Virus record (IMG/VR): IMGVR_UViG_3300036402_000303
Coordinates: 12,727-76,726 of that record
DNA from: a virus
Length of the DNA: 64,000 nucleotides
Strand: one strand, 5' to 3'
The notes beneath the pieces are model-generated. The model was not told where the DNA came from. It made no database searches and worked only from the letters and a program-made list of their open reading frames with translations. Positions 17,785 to 27,881 of this stretch are shown in pieces. The number at the start of each line of letters is the position of its first letter. Position 1 is the first letter of the stretch. The position numbers and the translations under genes were made by a program.

Positions 17785-18944
17785 CCCATCGGCCGATCGC
17801 ACCAATTGACATCAACGGATTCGAGCCCGGCGGAACGCCCCGCTCGCTGCCGATCTTCGAGTCGGTGAAGCCGGAGACGCTGCTGGTCGACGACGCCTAT
17901 CAGCGAGACCCCAGCGAACGAACGCTTAAGCTGGTTCGCAAGATCGTGTCGGGATGGGATTGGGCGCGGTTCAAGCCACCGGTGGCGGTGCTGACCGATG
18001 CCGGCCTTGAGCTGATTGACGGACAGCACACGGCAATCGCCGCCGCGACGCATCCGGAGATCGCCGAGATTCCGGTGATGATCATCGAAGCCCCGGAGCG
18101 AGCCGACCGGGCCGGTGCCTTCATCTCGCACAATCGGGACCGTGTCGCCGTTACAGCAATGGCGTTGCATCACGCGGCCGTCACCGCCGGCAACGCCGAC
18201 GCCCAGGCGGTGAACCGCGTCTGCGCCGAGGCCGGCGTCGAGGTGCTTCGATCGCAGCCCGGTTCCGGCAAGTACAAGGCCGGCACCACGGTTGCCGTCA
18301 CCGCCATCGCAGCGCTGATCAGGGGGCGCGGCGAGGATGTCGCTGTCCGCGTATTGTCCGCGTTGGCGCGTGCCGGCTGTTCGCCGATCGTCGGCGTCCA
18401 AGTGAAGGCGGCGGACCTACTGCTGAACACGGAGGAATACTGGGGCCAGATCACGGCGGATTCGTTGGTCGCATCGGTCCTGGCAATGGCGCCGAAGATC
18501 GATGCCGAGGTCGCACTGTTCCGCGCCGCCCATCCGTCGACGCCGGTCTGGAAGGCGATGGCCATCCTGTGGTTCAGAGCCCGCAGGGGCGCAAGAGCCG
18601 CAAGTAGCCCTTCGGCCCCGTCTAGTCCGGGGGCGAGCGCTGCTGTCACAAGCGGCGGCGCCGGTATTCGCCAAGGGGCGCGCGTAGATCGAGCGGACAG
18701 GCCGGTGCCGCCGGTTCCGCCTACGGCGGAAGAGAATCGGCCGCGCGTGCTGCTGCAGCCGGAGCGCAAGGGCGAGACGGTCATGGCCATGGCGAAGAAG
18801 GACAGCCGCGAGGAACTGGGCTGTTGGCAGCCTGGCAATCATCTGCGTCGGTGCGGACCGTGCGGCACGCCGTTCATCGGTGGGAGAAAGGCTGAACATT
18901 GCGCGGATTGCGCCTACCGGGCAGCGGAGGTGCTGCGAGCATGA
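17781..18944 (+). CDS. ParB/Srx-like N-terminal domain protein with C-terminal Zn finger
   Basis: LLVDDAYQR, IDGQHT, CGPC..CADC. Confidence 0.8.
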   Translation: MTHRPIAPIDINGFEPGGTPRSLPIFESVKPETLLVDDAYQRDPSERTLKLVRKIVSGWDWARFKPPVAVLTDAGLELIDGQHTAIAAATHPEIAEIPVMIIEAPERADRAGAFISHNRDRVAVTAMALHHAAVTAGNADAQAVNRVCAEAGVEVLRSQPGSGKYKAGTTVAVTAIAALIRGRGEDVAVRVLSALARAGCSPIVGVQVKAADLLLNTEEYWGQITADSLVASVLAMAPKIDAEVALFRAAHPSTPVWKAMAILWFRARRGARAASSPSAPSSPGASAAVTSGGAGIRQGARVDRADRPVPPVPPTAEENRPRVLLQPERKGETVMAMAKKDSREELGCWQPGNHLRRCGPCGTPFIGGRKAEHCADCAYRAAEVLRA

Positions 18945-19177
18945 GCGCTAATACAGTTCCTTACGGTGACCAGAACTGCGGCAACTGCGTGTTTTACGTC
19001 GGGAATCGCGGCCTGGCCGAGCGCGTCAATCTCGGTATGAGCACGGGCCACTTGTTGACGTCCGGCCAATGTCGGCAGCGCCCGCCGCGACACAAGGAAC
19101 CGCTTTGGCCCGAAGTCGATACGACACTCTGGTGCGGCGAGTGGAAGCACCAGCCTAACGGCGAGGGGCAGGACTAA
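18941..19177 (+). CDS. Small Cys-rich phage protein
   Basis: CGNCVFY..GQCRQRPP..WPEV..WCGEW; ATGA overlap. Confidence 0.7.
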   Translation: MSANTVPYGDQNCGNCVFYVGNRGLAERVNLGMSTGHLLTSGQCRQRPPRHKEPLWPEVDTTLWCGEWKHQPNGEGQD

Positions 19178-20067
19178 TGCTCGACGCCCGCAAGATTGCT
19201 CACACGATGGGCGGCGACGTGACGGGACGCGATAGCGTCAACGTTCCGGGGCCAGGTCACAGTAAGTCGGATCGATCTCTGTCGATCCGGATCAACGCCC
19301 GCGCGCCGGGCGGCTTTGTCGTCTACAGCCATGCCGGCGATGATCCTATCGAGTGCCGGGATTATGTTCGCGAACGCCTTGGGCTCGAAGCCTGGGGGCA
19401 TTCTGGCGGTCGGACACGGCAGACCCCGTTCGCGGCGACCGACGCCGGGCCTGACCCGAAGAAAGAGCGGAACAAGCAATTCGCCCTGCGCATCTGGTCT
19501 CAATGCGTCGATCCGCGCGGCACCATCGTCGAGCGATACCTTCGCGAACACCGACATCTCGACCTTGACCCAGCGCTAGCCGGCAGGGTTATCCGGTTTC
19601 ATGGCTCCTTGTTCTACAGCCCGGAAGTGCGCCACCCCGGCATGGTCTGCCTGCTTCGCAATATCGAGACCGATGAGCCGACGGGCATTCATCGGACTTA
19701 CCTTGACCGGGAGACCGCGGCCAAAATCGATCGGAAGATGTTCGGCATAGCGAAGGGAGCCGCGATAAAGCTGGACCCGACATCGAGCGATCAGGCGCTG
19801 ACGATCGGCGAAGGCGTCGAGACCGTCATGTCGGCGCGGCAGTGGGGCTACAGCCCGGCCTGGGCGCTCGGCACCAGCGTGGCAATCAGGAACTTCCCAG
19901 TCCTGAAGCGGCCGGCCGAACTGACCATTCTGGAGGAGAACGACCCGACCAGCCGCAGAGATGTGCGCATCTGCACCAAGCGATATCTGGCGGCGAAAAA
20001 GCCGGTCAACATCCTGACTTCAAAGGTCGGCAACGACATCAATGACGCATGGAGGGCTACCAGATGA
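19177..20067 (+). CDS. Phage primase (Toprim domain)
   Basis: PGPGHSKSDRSL, GIHRTYL, IGEGVET, END, DIND. Confidence 0.85.
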   Translation: MLDARKIAHTMGGDVTGRDSVNVPGPGHSKSDRSLSIRINARAPGGFVVYSHAGDDPIECRDYVRERLGLEAWGHSGGRTRQTPFAATDAGPDPKKERNKQFALRIWSQCVDPRGTIVERYLREHRHLDLDPALAGRVIRFHGSLFYSPEVRHPGMVCLLRNIETDEPTGIHRTYLDRETAAKIDRKMFGIAKGAAIKLDPTSSDQALTIGEGVETVMSARQWGYSPAWALGTSVAIRNFPVLKRPAELTILEENDPTSRRDVRICTKRYLAAKKPVNILTSKVGNDINDAWRATR

Positions 20068-21440
20068 CACTGGTGACGCCCGACATCATCGCGACCCGGC
20101 GCGCCGAACCGACCTTCGCAAACGACGTCATCAGCGAGGACGCAACCGCCATGGCGTTCATCGCCGAACACGGCGAAAACCTGCGCTTCTGCAAGAGCCT
20201 CGGGAAATGGTTCCGGTGGACCGAAACCCGCTGGATCGAGGACAGCAACAATCTCGCCTTTCATTTCGCCCGCGAGATTGCGCGTCGAACGGCTGAGGAC
20301 GCCGACGAGCGCACCCGAGTGAGTGTCGGCCGATCCTCTTTTGCTTCCGGCGTCGAGAAATTCGCACGAGCGGATCCGGTCGTCACCGTGGAGGTAGATC
20401 ATTGGGATAGCGACCCGTTCCTGCTCGGCACGCCGGACGGCACGGTTGATCTTCGCACAGGGGCCTTGCGGCCGAGCTTTCGCGAAGATGGCATCACGAA
20501 ATCCACGCTGGTGGCACCGGTCGACGCTGAGTGTCCGCGGTGGCTCGAGTTCTTGCAATATGCCAGCAACGACGACGCCGAGCTTGTCCGCTTCTTACAG
20601 CAGTGGTGCGGCTACTGTCTTACCGGCAACACGCAGGCGCATTCCCTCGTGTTCGTCTACGGTGCGGGCGGCAACGGCAAGGGCGTATTCATCAACGTGT
20701 TCTCGAACATTTTGGCCGACTACGCCACCATGGCCGCCATGGACACCTTCACGGCGTCTAAAAACGACAAGCACAGCACGGAGCTTGCCCGCCTTCGCGG
20801 ATCTCGCCTCGTTACAGCTTCGGAGACCGAGCAGGGTCACGCATGGGCTGAAGCCCGCATCAAAACACTGACGGGCGGCGACAAGATTGCGGCGCGCTTC
20901 ATGCGGCAGGATTTTTTCGAGTTCCTGCCGCAGTTCAAGCTGACCATCATCGGCAACCACAAGCCAGTCCTTGCCAATGTCGATGACGCAGCTCGACGCC
21001 GGTTCCTTATCGTGCCGTTCGTCAGGAAGCCTGAGAAGCCGAACCTGCAGCTGGAGGCCCAACTGATGGAAGAAGCGCCCGCGATCCTGCAATGGATGAT
21101 CCGCGGCTGCATCGATTGGCAACAGAATGGCCTGATCAAGCCCGCCAGCGTGTTGGCTGCCACGGAGCAATACTTCAGCGACCAGGACATGTTCGGTCAG
21201 TGGCTGGAGGACTCGTGCGAGGTGCAGCTCGGCAACGAACGCATATGGGAGAAGTCAGCCGACCTCTTCGACAGCTGGACCGAATATGCGGTGAAGGCCG
21301 GTGACGTTCCCGGCACGAAGAAGGCGTTCGGTCAGGCGATGCAGCGACGAGGCTTTGAGGCCTATCGGGTGCCCGGTGTTGGGACGCGAGCCTTTCGGTT
21401 TGTTAGGCTCCGGACGGCCTCTGCTGGATTCGATCAATGA
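20064..21440 (+). CDS. P4/D5-family SF3 helicase (phage/plasmid primase P4 family C-terminal)
   Basis: Walker A YGAGGNGKG, IKTLTGGD, ARFMRQDFFEF, GNHKP. Confidence 0.92.
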   Translation: MTLVTPDIIATRRAEPTFANDVISEDATAMAFIAEHGENLRFCKSLGKWFRWTETRWIEDSNNLAFHFAREIARRTAEDADERTRVSVGRSSFASGVEKFARADPVVTVEVDHWDSDPFLLGTPDGTVDLRTGALRPSFREDGITKSTLVAPVDAECPRWLEFLQYASNDDAELVRFLQQWCGYCLTGNTQAHSLVFVYGAGGNGKGVFINVFSNILADYATMAAMDTFTASKNDKHSTELARLRGSRLVTASETEQGHAWAEARIKTLTGGDKIAARFMRQDFFEFLPQFKLTIIGNHKPVLANVDDAARRRFLIVPFVRKPEKPNLQLEAQLMEEAPAILQWMIRGCIDWQQNGLIKPASVLAATEQYFSDQDMFGQWLEDSCEVQLGNERIWEKSADLFDSWTEYAVKAGDVPGTKKAFGQAMQRRGFEAYRVPGVGTRAFRFVRLRTASAGFDQ

Positions 21441-21757
21441 CGCGCAGCGTGCTTCCCAACCGACGCTATCACGAGGTCCGCGAGTTCGAGCTCGATCGCA
21501 TCCGCTACACCGTAGGAATCAGCCGGTTTCCTGACGGGTCACCGTCTGAAGTCTTCATGAACAGCAACAAGGCTGGCTCTGCCGCCGACACCAACGCTCG
21601 CGACGCAGCAATCCTGATGAGCTTCCTGTTCCAACACGGGGTCAACGTCGGGGACTTTGCTCCTGCCCTTGCGCGGGGTACCGACGGGAAGCCGCTCGGT
21701 CCGATCGGCATCGTTGCCGAGATGCTACAGGCAGAAATCGAAGGCAGCGCATCATGA
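21437..21757 (+). CDS. Stand-alone TSCPD/NrdJ C-terminal-like domain protein
   Basis: LPNRR..FPDGSPSEVF..KAGS..DAAILMS..QHGV. Confidence 0.65.
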   Translation: MTRSVLPNRRYHEVREFELDRIRYTVGISRFPDGSPSEVFMNSNKAGSAADTNARDAAILMSFLFQHGVNVGDFAPALARGTDGKPLGPIGIVAEMLQAEIEGSAS

Positions 21758-22578
21758 TGCACCGATATCATCGGCATGAGCGATTTCCGAAGGCGGTCCG
21801 ATCCGATCCGGCCGGCCAGATACTGCTGGAGATCGCGCGACAGCAACAGCGCGATTTCATCTTGGATTGCTTCGACCTGGTTGAGGGGCGACCCACCGCC
21901 GGTGCCAAGCGAGCGGAAGCGGAGCGTACTCGGCTTCTAAAACTGGCCCGGGAAGCAAAGCGAAGGGCGCTGTGTGGCGCCGACCCGCTCAACATCACAA
22001 ACCACACCGGCGGGAAGAAGGCGAAGCAGATCCTTGGCGCCGATCCCATCGAATACGTCGGGCCGTTAGCGCGTGTCCGGCCGGCCATGTCCCGCCTGAC
22101 CGGTAAGAACAAACTGGACCAGCAGCAGGTGTTGGCCGCTGACACTTATCGATCTGCGTTCGAAACATTGCACTCCAGCCTCGGCGGATCGATGGATTTC
22201 AACCGCGTTCGTGGAAGCGGCCGCGGCGGCGGACATTCGGAAGCGGCCGCCGACGCCAGCCTGACCATGCAGGCGGCCCGCAACCGCGTCGGCGTCCGCG
22301 CCATCGTCATTATAGAGCAGGTGGTTTGCCACGGCCGTACAGCCGAGGAATGCGCCAAACTGATCTATAGCTATACCGACGGCGAGACCGTTGCTGCGCG
22401 CGACATCAACTTTGTAGGGCGATCACTTCGAGAAGCCCTGTCGGAACTCGGCGAGCTTTGGTATCCGACATCGTCCCGCAGTCAACGGTCACGCACTTTC
22501 CGGCCTGCGGAGAGCCGACCGGGCGCCGGTCAGGCTGGCACGGTGCCGCTCAAGGGCGGGGCCTACGTATCGAGGTAG
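21754..22578 (+). CDS. Late-gene regulator-position protein (DUF6456-like HTH)
   Basis: QVLAADTYR..SMDFNRVRG..LREALSEL; last gene before packaging region. Confidence 0.65.
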   Translation: MMHRYHRHERFPKAVRSDPAGQILLEIARQQQRDFILDCFDLVEGRPTAGAKRAEAERTRLLKLAREAKRRALCGADPLNITNHTGGKKAKQILGADPIEYVGPLARVRPAMSRLTGKNKLDQQQVLAADTYRSAFETLHSSLGGSMDFNRVRGSGRGGGHSEAAADASLTMQAARNRVGVRAIVIIEQVVCHGRTAEECAKLIYSYTDGETVAARDINFVGRSLREALSELGELWYPTSSRSQRSRTFRPAESRPGAGQAGTVPLKGGAYVSR

Positions 22579-22581
22579 CAG

Positions 22582-23175
22582 CTAAAAGTACCCATTTTTG
22601 AAAGCGTAGACGATGGTGGTTAGATTTTCCGCTGGTTTGGTGCAGTAGCGATTCCAAAGGGCAGTGAATTTGCTGCCTTCGCTCGATGCGGCGGACTTGC
22701 CTGGGCCGAACACCGCCTGCCCGGGGATGATGGCATTGAATGAATTTGTGGCTCGATACTCGAAACAATAGAAGCCCTCGCCGGTGCGGCGCGCCACCTC
22801 CAGCTTAAAGCTGTCGGGATTTTTCATGCTCTTTTTTAGGGCCGTTCCGTAGACTGCGGCTTCCTGAAAGTACCTTTCCCTGAGTGCCTTGTCAGCATCA
22901 GCTTCGGCCTTGGCTTTGGCGACAGCGGCGTCGCGTTTCGCCTTTTCGATCTTGGCCTCGTCAGCGTCCGCAAGCAACTTTAGGCGATAGGGCGGCGCCT
23001 CGTTAAAACCCTTGGCGGCCGCAGCCTTTCGCTCGGCATCGTCGGCAAAGCCCGCAGCTTGCGCCGCCGCATCCACTTGCCGCTGCTCATCCCTTGCAAC
23101 CATTCCGGCATAATACAGAAAGCCGATAGATCCCGCGACAAACAGGACAGCAAATGTTCGTCGACCTGGTTTCAT
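22582..23175 (-). CDS. Moron: membrane-anchored periplasmic protein
   Basis: N-terminal TM, coiled coil, KNPDSF..YRATNSFNA domain; antisense to phage genes. Confidence 0.75.
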   Translation of the reverse strand: MKPGRRTFAVLFVAGSIGFLYYAGMVARDEQRQVDAAAQAAGFADDAERKAAAAKGFNEAPPYRLKLLADADEAKIEKAKRDAAVAKAKAEADADKALRERYFQEAAVYGTALKKSMKNPDSFKLEVARRTGEGFYCFEYRATNSFNAIIPGQAVFGPGKSAASSEGSKFTALWNRYCTKPAENLTTIVYAFKNGYF

Positions 23176-23353
23176 AGGATCACTTAAGTTGAGCGTCGCT
23201 TAAAGCTTGCACGGAATCCGGCACGTCAGGCAGGTGGAGCCGAATAACTTTTCTCGTGACAAATCGTCGCACTTAATTGTGGTCGAGTAAACCGAACGGA
23301 CGTTTTTACGACCTCGCATTGGGCGCGGCGATAGTCATCCCGAGACAGCACAA

Positions 23354-23508
23354 TGCGTCACGATGCGTCACCCCTCGAAGGCAGTAGGTATCCTGCGGCC
23401 GCATTGCGTGACACGTGACGCATTGTGACGTGTTTATCTTATGATCGCTCACACGCGCGCGCGTAAGGCGGAGATAGGAAATTTGCGTCACGATGCGTCA
23501 CGCGTCAC
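23354..23508. repeat. Iteron-like GCGTCAC/GTGACG repeats, putative replication origin
   Basis: About eight copies in both orientations around an ACGCGCGCGCGT palindrome. Confidence 0.65.
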
Positions 23509-23585
23509 CCGCCGGGTTCAGGGCGCTGCCGTTGACAGTCTGACAAACATCGGGCACTGCTGTGGCAAGCGTGCAGCTGCGCCTG

Positions 23586-23618
23586 AAACTCTCCCGGAAA
23601 ACGCGGAGAGTTTTTTTG
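23586..23618 (+). terminator. Intrinsic terminator upstream of terS
   Basis: AAACTCTCC-loop-GGAGAGTTT followed by a T run. Confidence 0.65.
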
Positions 23619-23663
23619 TGGGCGAATGGGATCGTTGCGTTGGTACCCATAGCCCCCCCGGTT

Positions 23664-23706
23664 GGGTCCTTCCCGGTAACCGGAAGCGGACGCAGGGTTG
23701 AACCGA
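23664..23706 (+). other. Putative cos site (cosQ-like GGGTCCT + cosN region)
   Basis: GGGTCCTTCCCGGTAACCG resembles lambda cosQ context, just upstream of terS. Confidence 0.55.
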
Positions 23707-23746
23707 GCCGTAAAACTAGCGTCAGACCCCCAAAAGGTGTTCGCAG

Positions 23747-24232
23747 GTGCAGGGAATCAGCAGGCGCGAGTTTGCAAAGCGTGACGGATGCTCCGAAACG
23801 CTGGTGCGCAGAGGCCTTAAACAAGGGCGTTTGGTCGCTTACGACGACGGCACGATTGATCCGTCATTGGCCTGCACCCCGTGGCGCGAACGGGGTGCGA
23901 ACAGTTCGCAGGGTTCGCAGCAGGATGAGGGTGGTGAGCTTGTAAGCTACGCCGAGGCGCAGCGTCGCAAGGAAAACTATCTAGCCCGGCTCCGACAACT
24001 CGAGTTCGAAATCAAATCGGGCAAGCTGGTCGACGCCGAGGCAGCACGGAAGGCCGTCTTCGAACTTTCGCGGCAGGACCGTGACAGCTGGGCGAACTGG
24101 CCGTCCCGCGTAGCGCCGCTGATCGCCGCTGAACTCGGGGTCGATCTCGTCAAGCTGGCGGTGATTTTGGAAAAGCATGTCAGAGACCAGCTCGCCGAAC
24201 GAGCCCAGCCAACGTTACGAATGGCAGGCTGA
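23747..24232 (+). CDS. terS: Terminase small subunit (Nu1-like)
   Basis: N-terminal HTH, coiled coil, GKLVD; precedes gpA. Confidence 0.85.
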   Translation: MQGISRREFAKRDGCSETLVRRGLKQGRLVAYDDGTIDPSLACTPWRERGANSSQGSQQDEGGELVSYAEAQRRKENYLARLRQLEFEIKSGKLVDAEAARKAVFELSRQDRDSWANWPSRVAPLIAAELGVDLVKLAVILEKHVRDQLAERAQPTLRMAG

Positions 24233-26129
24233 AGTTCTGACGCGCATCGCTTGGTGCGATGGGCAACGACCGGAACCTAGTCTTACGGTCAGCGAGTGGG
24301 CGGACGAAAACCGGTACCTGTCGCAGAAGGCGGCGAGCGAGCCGGGGCGGTGGCGTACTGAACGGACGCCGTATCTTCGGGCGATCATGGATGCCTTGTC
24401 GGCGTCCTCGCCGGTGCAGCGGGTGGTATTCGAGAAGGGCGCGCAGATCGGCGCGACCGAGTCGGGGCTGAACTGGATCGGGTACGTCATCCACCAGGCG
24501 CCGGGCCCGATGCTGTCGGTGGCGCCGACGGTCGACATGGCCAAGCGCTATTCGAAGCAGCGCATCGCGCCAATGATCGAGGAGAGCGCGGCGCTGCGGG
24601 ATCTGGTCGCCGATGCGCGATCGAGGGACAGCGGCAACACGGTATTGGCTAAGGAGTTCGCCGGCGGCGTGCTCGTGATGACGGGCGCCAACAGCGCGGT
24701 CGGTCTCCGATCGATGCCGGCGCGGTATGTGTTCCTGGACGAGGTCGACGGTTACCCGGGTGATGTCGACGGGGAAGGCGACCCGGTTGCATTGGCCGAG
24801 GCGAGGACGCGAACGTTTCAGCGGCGCAAGATTTACATGGTCTCCACGCCGACGATCGCGGGCCGCTCACGGATCGACAGGGAGTTTTCGAAGTCGGACC
24901 AGCGCCGGTTCTTTCTGCCGTGCCCGCATTGCGATGCCTATCAGACGCTGAAGTTCTCGCAGCTGAAATGGCCGAAGCAGGATCCGTTTAAAGCAACTTA
25001 CTGGTGCGAAGAATGCGGCGCCGAGATCGGCGAGCAGCACAAGACGGAGATGCTTCGTCGCGGCGAGTGGCGGGCGACTGCGGAAGGCGACGGCCGCACG
25101 GTCGGGTTTCATCTCTCCAGCATGTACAGCCCGGTTGGCTGGATGTCCTGGGTGGAAATCGCACAACGCTGGGAAGCCGCACAGGGCGACCCGGAACTGT
25201 TGAAGGAGTTCATCAACACCGTTTTGGGTGAGGTGTGGCAGGCCAAGGGTGACGCCCCGGAATGGGACGTCGTCTACAACCGCCGCGAAACCTATCTCAG
25301 CGGCACGGTGCCGGCCGGCGGACTGGCGTTGTTCGCCGGTGTCGACGTTCAGAAGGACCGACTCGAAGTCGGCATCTGGGCCTTCGGCCGCAACCGGGAG
25401 CGATGGCTAATCGCTCACGTAGTGTTGCCCGGCCAAACCAACCGGCCGGAAGTCTGGGCCGATCTGGCCAAGATGTTTGACGAGCCATGGGAGCACGAGT
25501 CCGGCGCCCAGATGATGGTGAGAGATTGGGGCATCGATTCCGGAGCGTTCACGGCAGAGGTCTATGCGTTCGTCCGAAGCCATGGCGGCCGCGCCAACGT
25601 CCACGCGATCGACGGCCAGGACAAGTACACCGCCGCGTACCTCGGTGTCGGAAGCAAGGATGCGGACACAAAGGGCAAGAAACTTCGCCGTGGTCTGAAG
25701 ACGATCAAGATCGGCGTCTCGTTTTGCAAACAGGAACTGGTCGGCCAGCTCGCGTTGCAACGCCCGGAGGAAGGTGCGTTGCCGGCGGGTTATGTCCATC
25801 TGCCCAGGGACATCACCGAGGACCAGGCCAAGCAGCTGACCGCGGAATCGCTGGTCACGCGCATGGTCGGCGGCCGGCAGCGACGCGAATGGCAGGTGAT
25901 CGAAGGTCGCCGCAACGAAGTGCTCGACTGTGCGAACTACGCGCGCGGTATCGCCGCCCTTCGAGGGTGGGACCGATGGAAAGACCACCAGTGGCGGCAG
26001 CTAGAAGAATTGTTGTCGCTGGACGGTGCGCGAGTTGAGAAGCCTACAAACGAACCGTTGCCGCCAGCGAGATTGACGTCGCCGTCTGAAAAGAGGCGCG
26101 TGGTCCGAAGCGGTTACATGAACGGATGA
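24177..26129 (+). CDS. terL: Terminase large subunit (lambda gpA family)
   Basis: KGAQIGATE, LDEVD, STPT, GVDVQKDRLE, RNEVLDC. Confidence 0.96.
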   Translation: MSETSSPNEPSQRYEWQAEVLTRIAWCDGQRPEPSLTVSEWADENRYLSQKAASEPGRWRTERTPYLRAIMDALSASSPVQRVVFEKGAQIGATESGLNWIGYVIHQAPGPMLSVAPTVDMAKRYSKQRIAPMIEESAALRDLVADARSRDSGNTVLAKEFAGGVLVMTGANSAVGLRSMPARYVFLDEVDGYPGDVDGEGDPVALAEARTRTFQRRKIYMVSTPTIAGRSRIDREFSKSDQRRFFLPCPHCDAYQTLKFSQLKWPKQDPFKATYWCEECGAEIGEQHKTEMLRRGEWRATAEGDGRTVGFHLSSMYSPVGWMSWVEIAQRWEAAQGDPELLKEFINTVLGEVWQAKGDAPEWDVVYNRRETYLSGTVPAGGLALFAGVDVQKDRLEVGIWAFGRNRERWLIAHVVLPGQTNRPEVWADLAKMFDEPWEHESGAQMMVRDWGIDSGAFTAEVYAFVRSHGGRANVHAIDGQDKYTAAYLGVGSKDADTKGKKLRRGLKTIKIGVSFCKQELVGQLALQRPEEGALPAGYVHLPRDITEDQAKQLTAESLVTRMVGGRQRREWQVIEGRRNEVLDCANYARGIAALRGWDRWKDHQWRQLEELLSLDGARVEKPTNEPLPPARLTSPSEKRRVVRSGYMNG

Positions 26130-26133
26130 GCGA

Positions 26134-26349
26134 ATGACCCGTGAAGAGATCGAAGCGGCGATAGCTCAGATCGAAATGCAGCTGAACTACGGGATCTCGC
26201 GGTCCGATATCTCCGGCGTCGGCTCGACCGAGTGGGATATCGCAGCGCTCCGGAAGCGCCGCGGCGAACTTCAGGTGGCGCTGGCTGGTATGAACCCTGA
26301 CAGGCCGATCGTGCGCAGTATTCGAACCTATTCGGACAAGGGTTTATGA
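26134..26349 (+). CDS. gpW-like head-tail joining protein
   Basis: 71 aa between terL and portal. Confidence 0.7.
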   Translation: MTREEIEAAIAQIEMQLNYGISRSDISGVGSTEWDIAALRKRRGELQVALAGMNPDRPIVRSIRTYSDKGL

Positions 26350-27872
26350 CTGTGAAGAAGCAGGTAAAACGTAAGCCTCTGCCCACTTCGAAGGCAAAGG
26401 CTTCGAAGGCCACGGCCCTGATGCCGATCGGGTACGAGGCGTCCCGCCTCGGTCGACGTTTGAAAACATGGAATGCCGAGCGTCGCAACATCAACGCCCT
26501 CCTGCAGTCCGGCGGTGAGCTTTTGCGAGCGCGGGCTCGGCAACTTTGCCGTGAGAACCCTTATGCAGCGAATGCGTGTGAGGAATTTGTTGCCTCCACC
26601 GTGGGAACCGGAATCAAGCCGTCCTCTTTAGTTGGTGATCGAAAACGAAAAGCCGAAATTCAGAAGGCATGGCTGCGATGGACTGACGAAGCTGACGCGG
26701 ACGGCCTGACCGACTTCTATGGCTTACAGGCGCTCGCCGCCCGCGCCATGTTTGAAGCGGGAGAATGCTTTATCCGGTTTCGGCCGCGCCGCGTTGAGGA
26801 TGGCTTATCGGTCCCCCTCCAGCTCCAGCTTCTGGAGTCGGAGCACTTGCCGTTCGACCACAACGAGGACACCAAGTACGGCAACACGATCCGCTCCGGT
26901 ATCGAGTTCGACAAAATCGGTCGTCGCGTGTCCTATCAATTTCTTCGCAATCACCCGGGCGACAATATCGTCGGGCTCGGCGGCAACCTCGATAAGGCCA
27001 TCGTTCCCGCGTCCGAGGTGTTGCATCTCTACAAGCCTTTACGGCCCGGCCAAATCCGCGGTCAGCCGGGCCTCACGCCCGGGATGGTGCGGCTTTATTT
27101 GCTCGATCAGTATGACGACGCCGAACTCGACCGTAAGCGCGTGGCTGCGATGTTTGCGGGTTTCATCACGAAGCCAAGGGCAGAAGACGATGGACCGGTC
27201 CCAACTGAATCGACTGACGTGCTCGGCGCGGCAGTAGCAGGCCTGGAGCCGGGCACGCTGCAGGTGTTGCTCGAAGGCGAGGACATCAAGTTTTCTAACC
27301 CGGCCGAGGTTGGTGGATCCTACGAGGCCTTCCAGTGGCGGACGCTGCTTTCGTGCTGTGCAGCAGTGGGCATTCCTTATACGGCGATGACCGGGGACAC
27401 GTCGAAGGCAAACTACTCCAGCGAGCGGTCCGCGCAGGTCGTATTTCGCCGGCGCGTCGAACAGTTCCAACACATGACCCTCGTTTTTCAGATGTGTCGG
27501 CCGGTCTGGTTGCGCTGGATCGAAACAGCGGTGCTGTCGGGCGCTCTAAGCTTCAATGCCCGCGAGTTCAATCGCAATCGGGTTGAGTTGTCAGCCGCCA
27601 AATGGATTCCCTCCAAGTGGGAATGGGTCGATCCGAAGAAGGACGCCGAGGCCGAGAAAATCCTTGTCGACAATATGTGGAAGGCCGACTCCGACGTGAT
27701 CGAAGCAACCGGTTACGATCCGGACGAGGTCTACGAACGAATTGCAGCGGACAAGGAACTCCGCGCCGACCGTGGCCTGACCAAGACGGTGCTGCCCGGC
27801 ACTCCCGTGCCTGATGCTGCTCCGAGCGACGATACGGTCCCGGACGATAAGCGGTCCCAGGACGCTGCATAG
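26346..27872 (+). CDS. Portal protein, lambda family
   Basis: LRARARQL, GQIRG, NYSSER, WVDPKKD. Confidence 0.95.
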   Translation: MTVKKQVKRKPLPTSKAKASKATALMPIGYEASRLGRRLKTWNAERRNINALLQSGGELLRARARQLCRENPYAANACEEFVASTVGTGIKPSSLVGDRKRKAEIQKAWLRWTDEADADGLTDFYGLQALAARAMFEAGECFIRFRPRRVEDGLSVPLQLQLLESEHLPFDHNEDTKYGNTIRSGIEFDKIGRRVSYQFLRNHPGDNIVGLGGNLDKAIVPASEVLHLYKPLRPGQIRGQPGLTPGMVRLYLLDQYDDAELDRKRVAAMFAGFITKPRAEDDGPVPTESTDVLGAAVAGLEPGTLQVLLEGEDIKFSNPAEVGGSYEAFQWRTLLSCCAAVGIPYTAMTGDTSKANYSSERSAQVVFRRRVEQFQHMTLVFQMCRPVWLRWIETAVLSGALSFNAREFNRNRVELSAAKWIPSKWEWVDPKKDAEAEKILVDNMWKADSDVIEATGYDPDEVYERIAADKELRADRGLTKTVLPGTPVPDAAPSDDTVPDDKRSQDAA

Positions 27873-27881
27873 GAATTAGCA

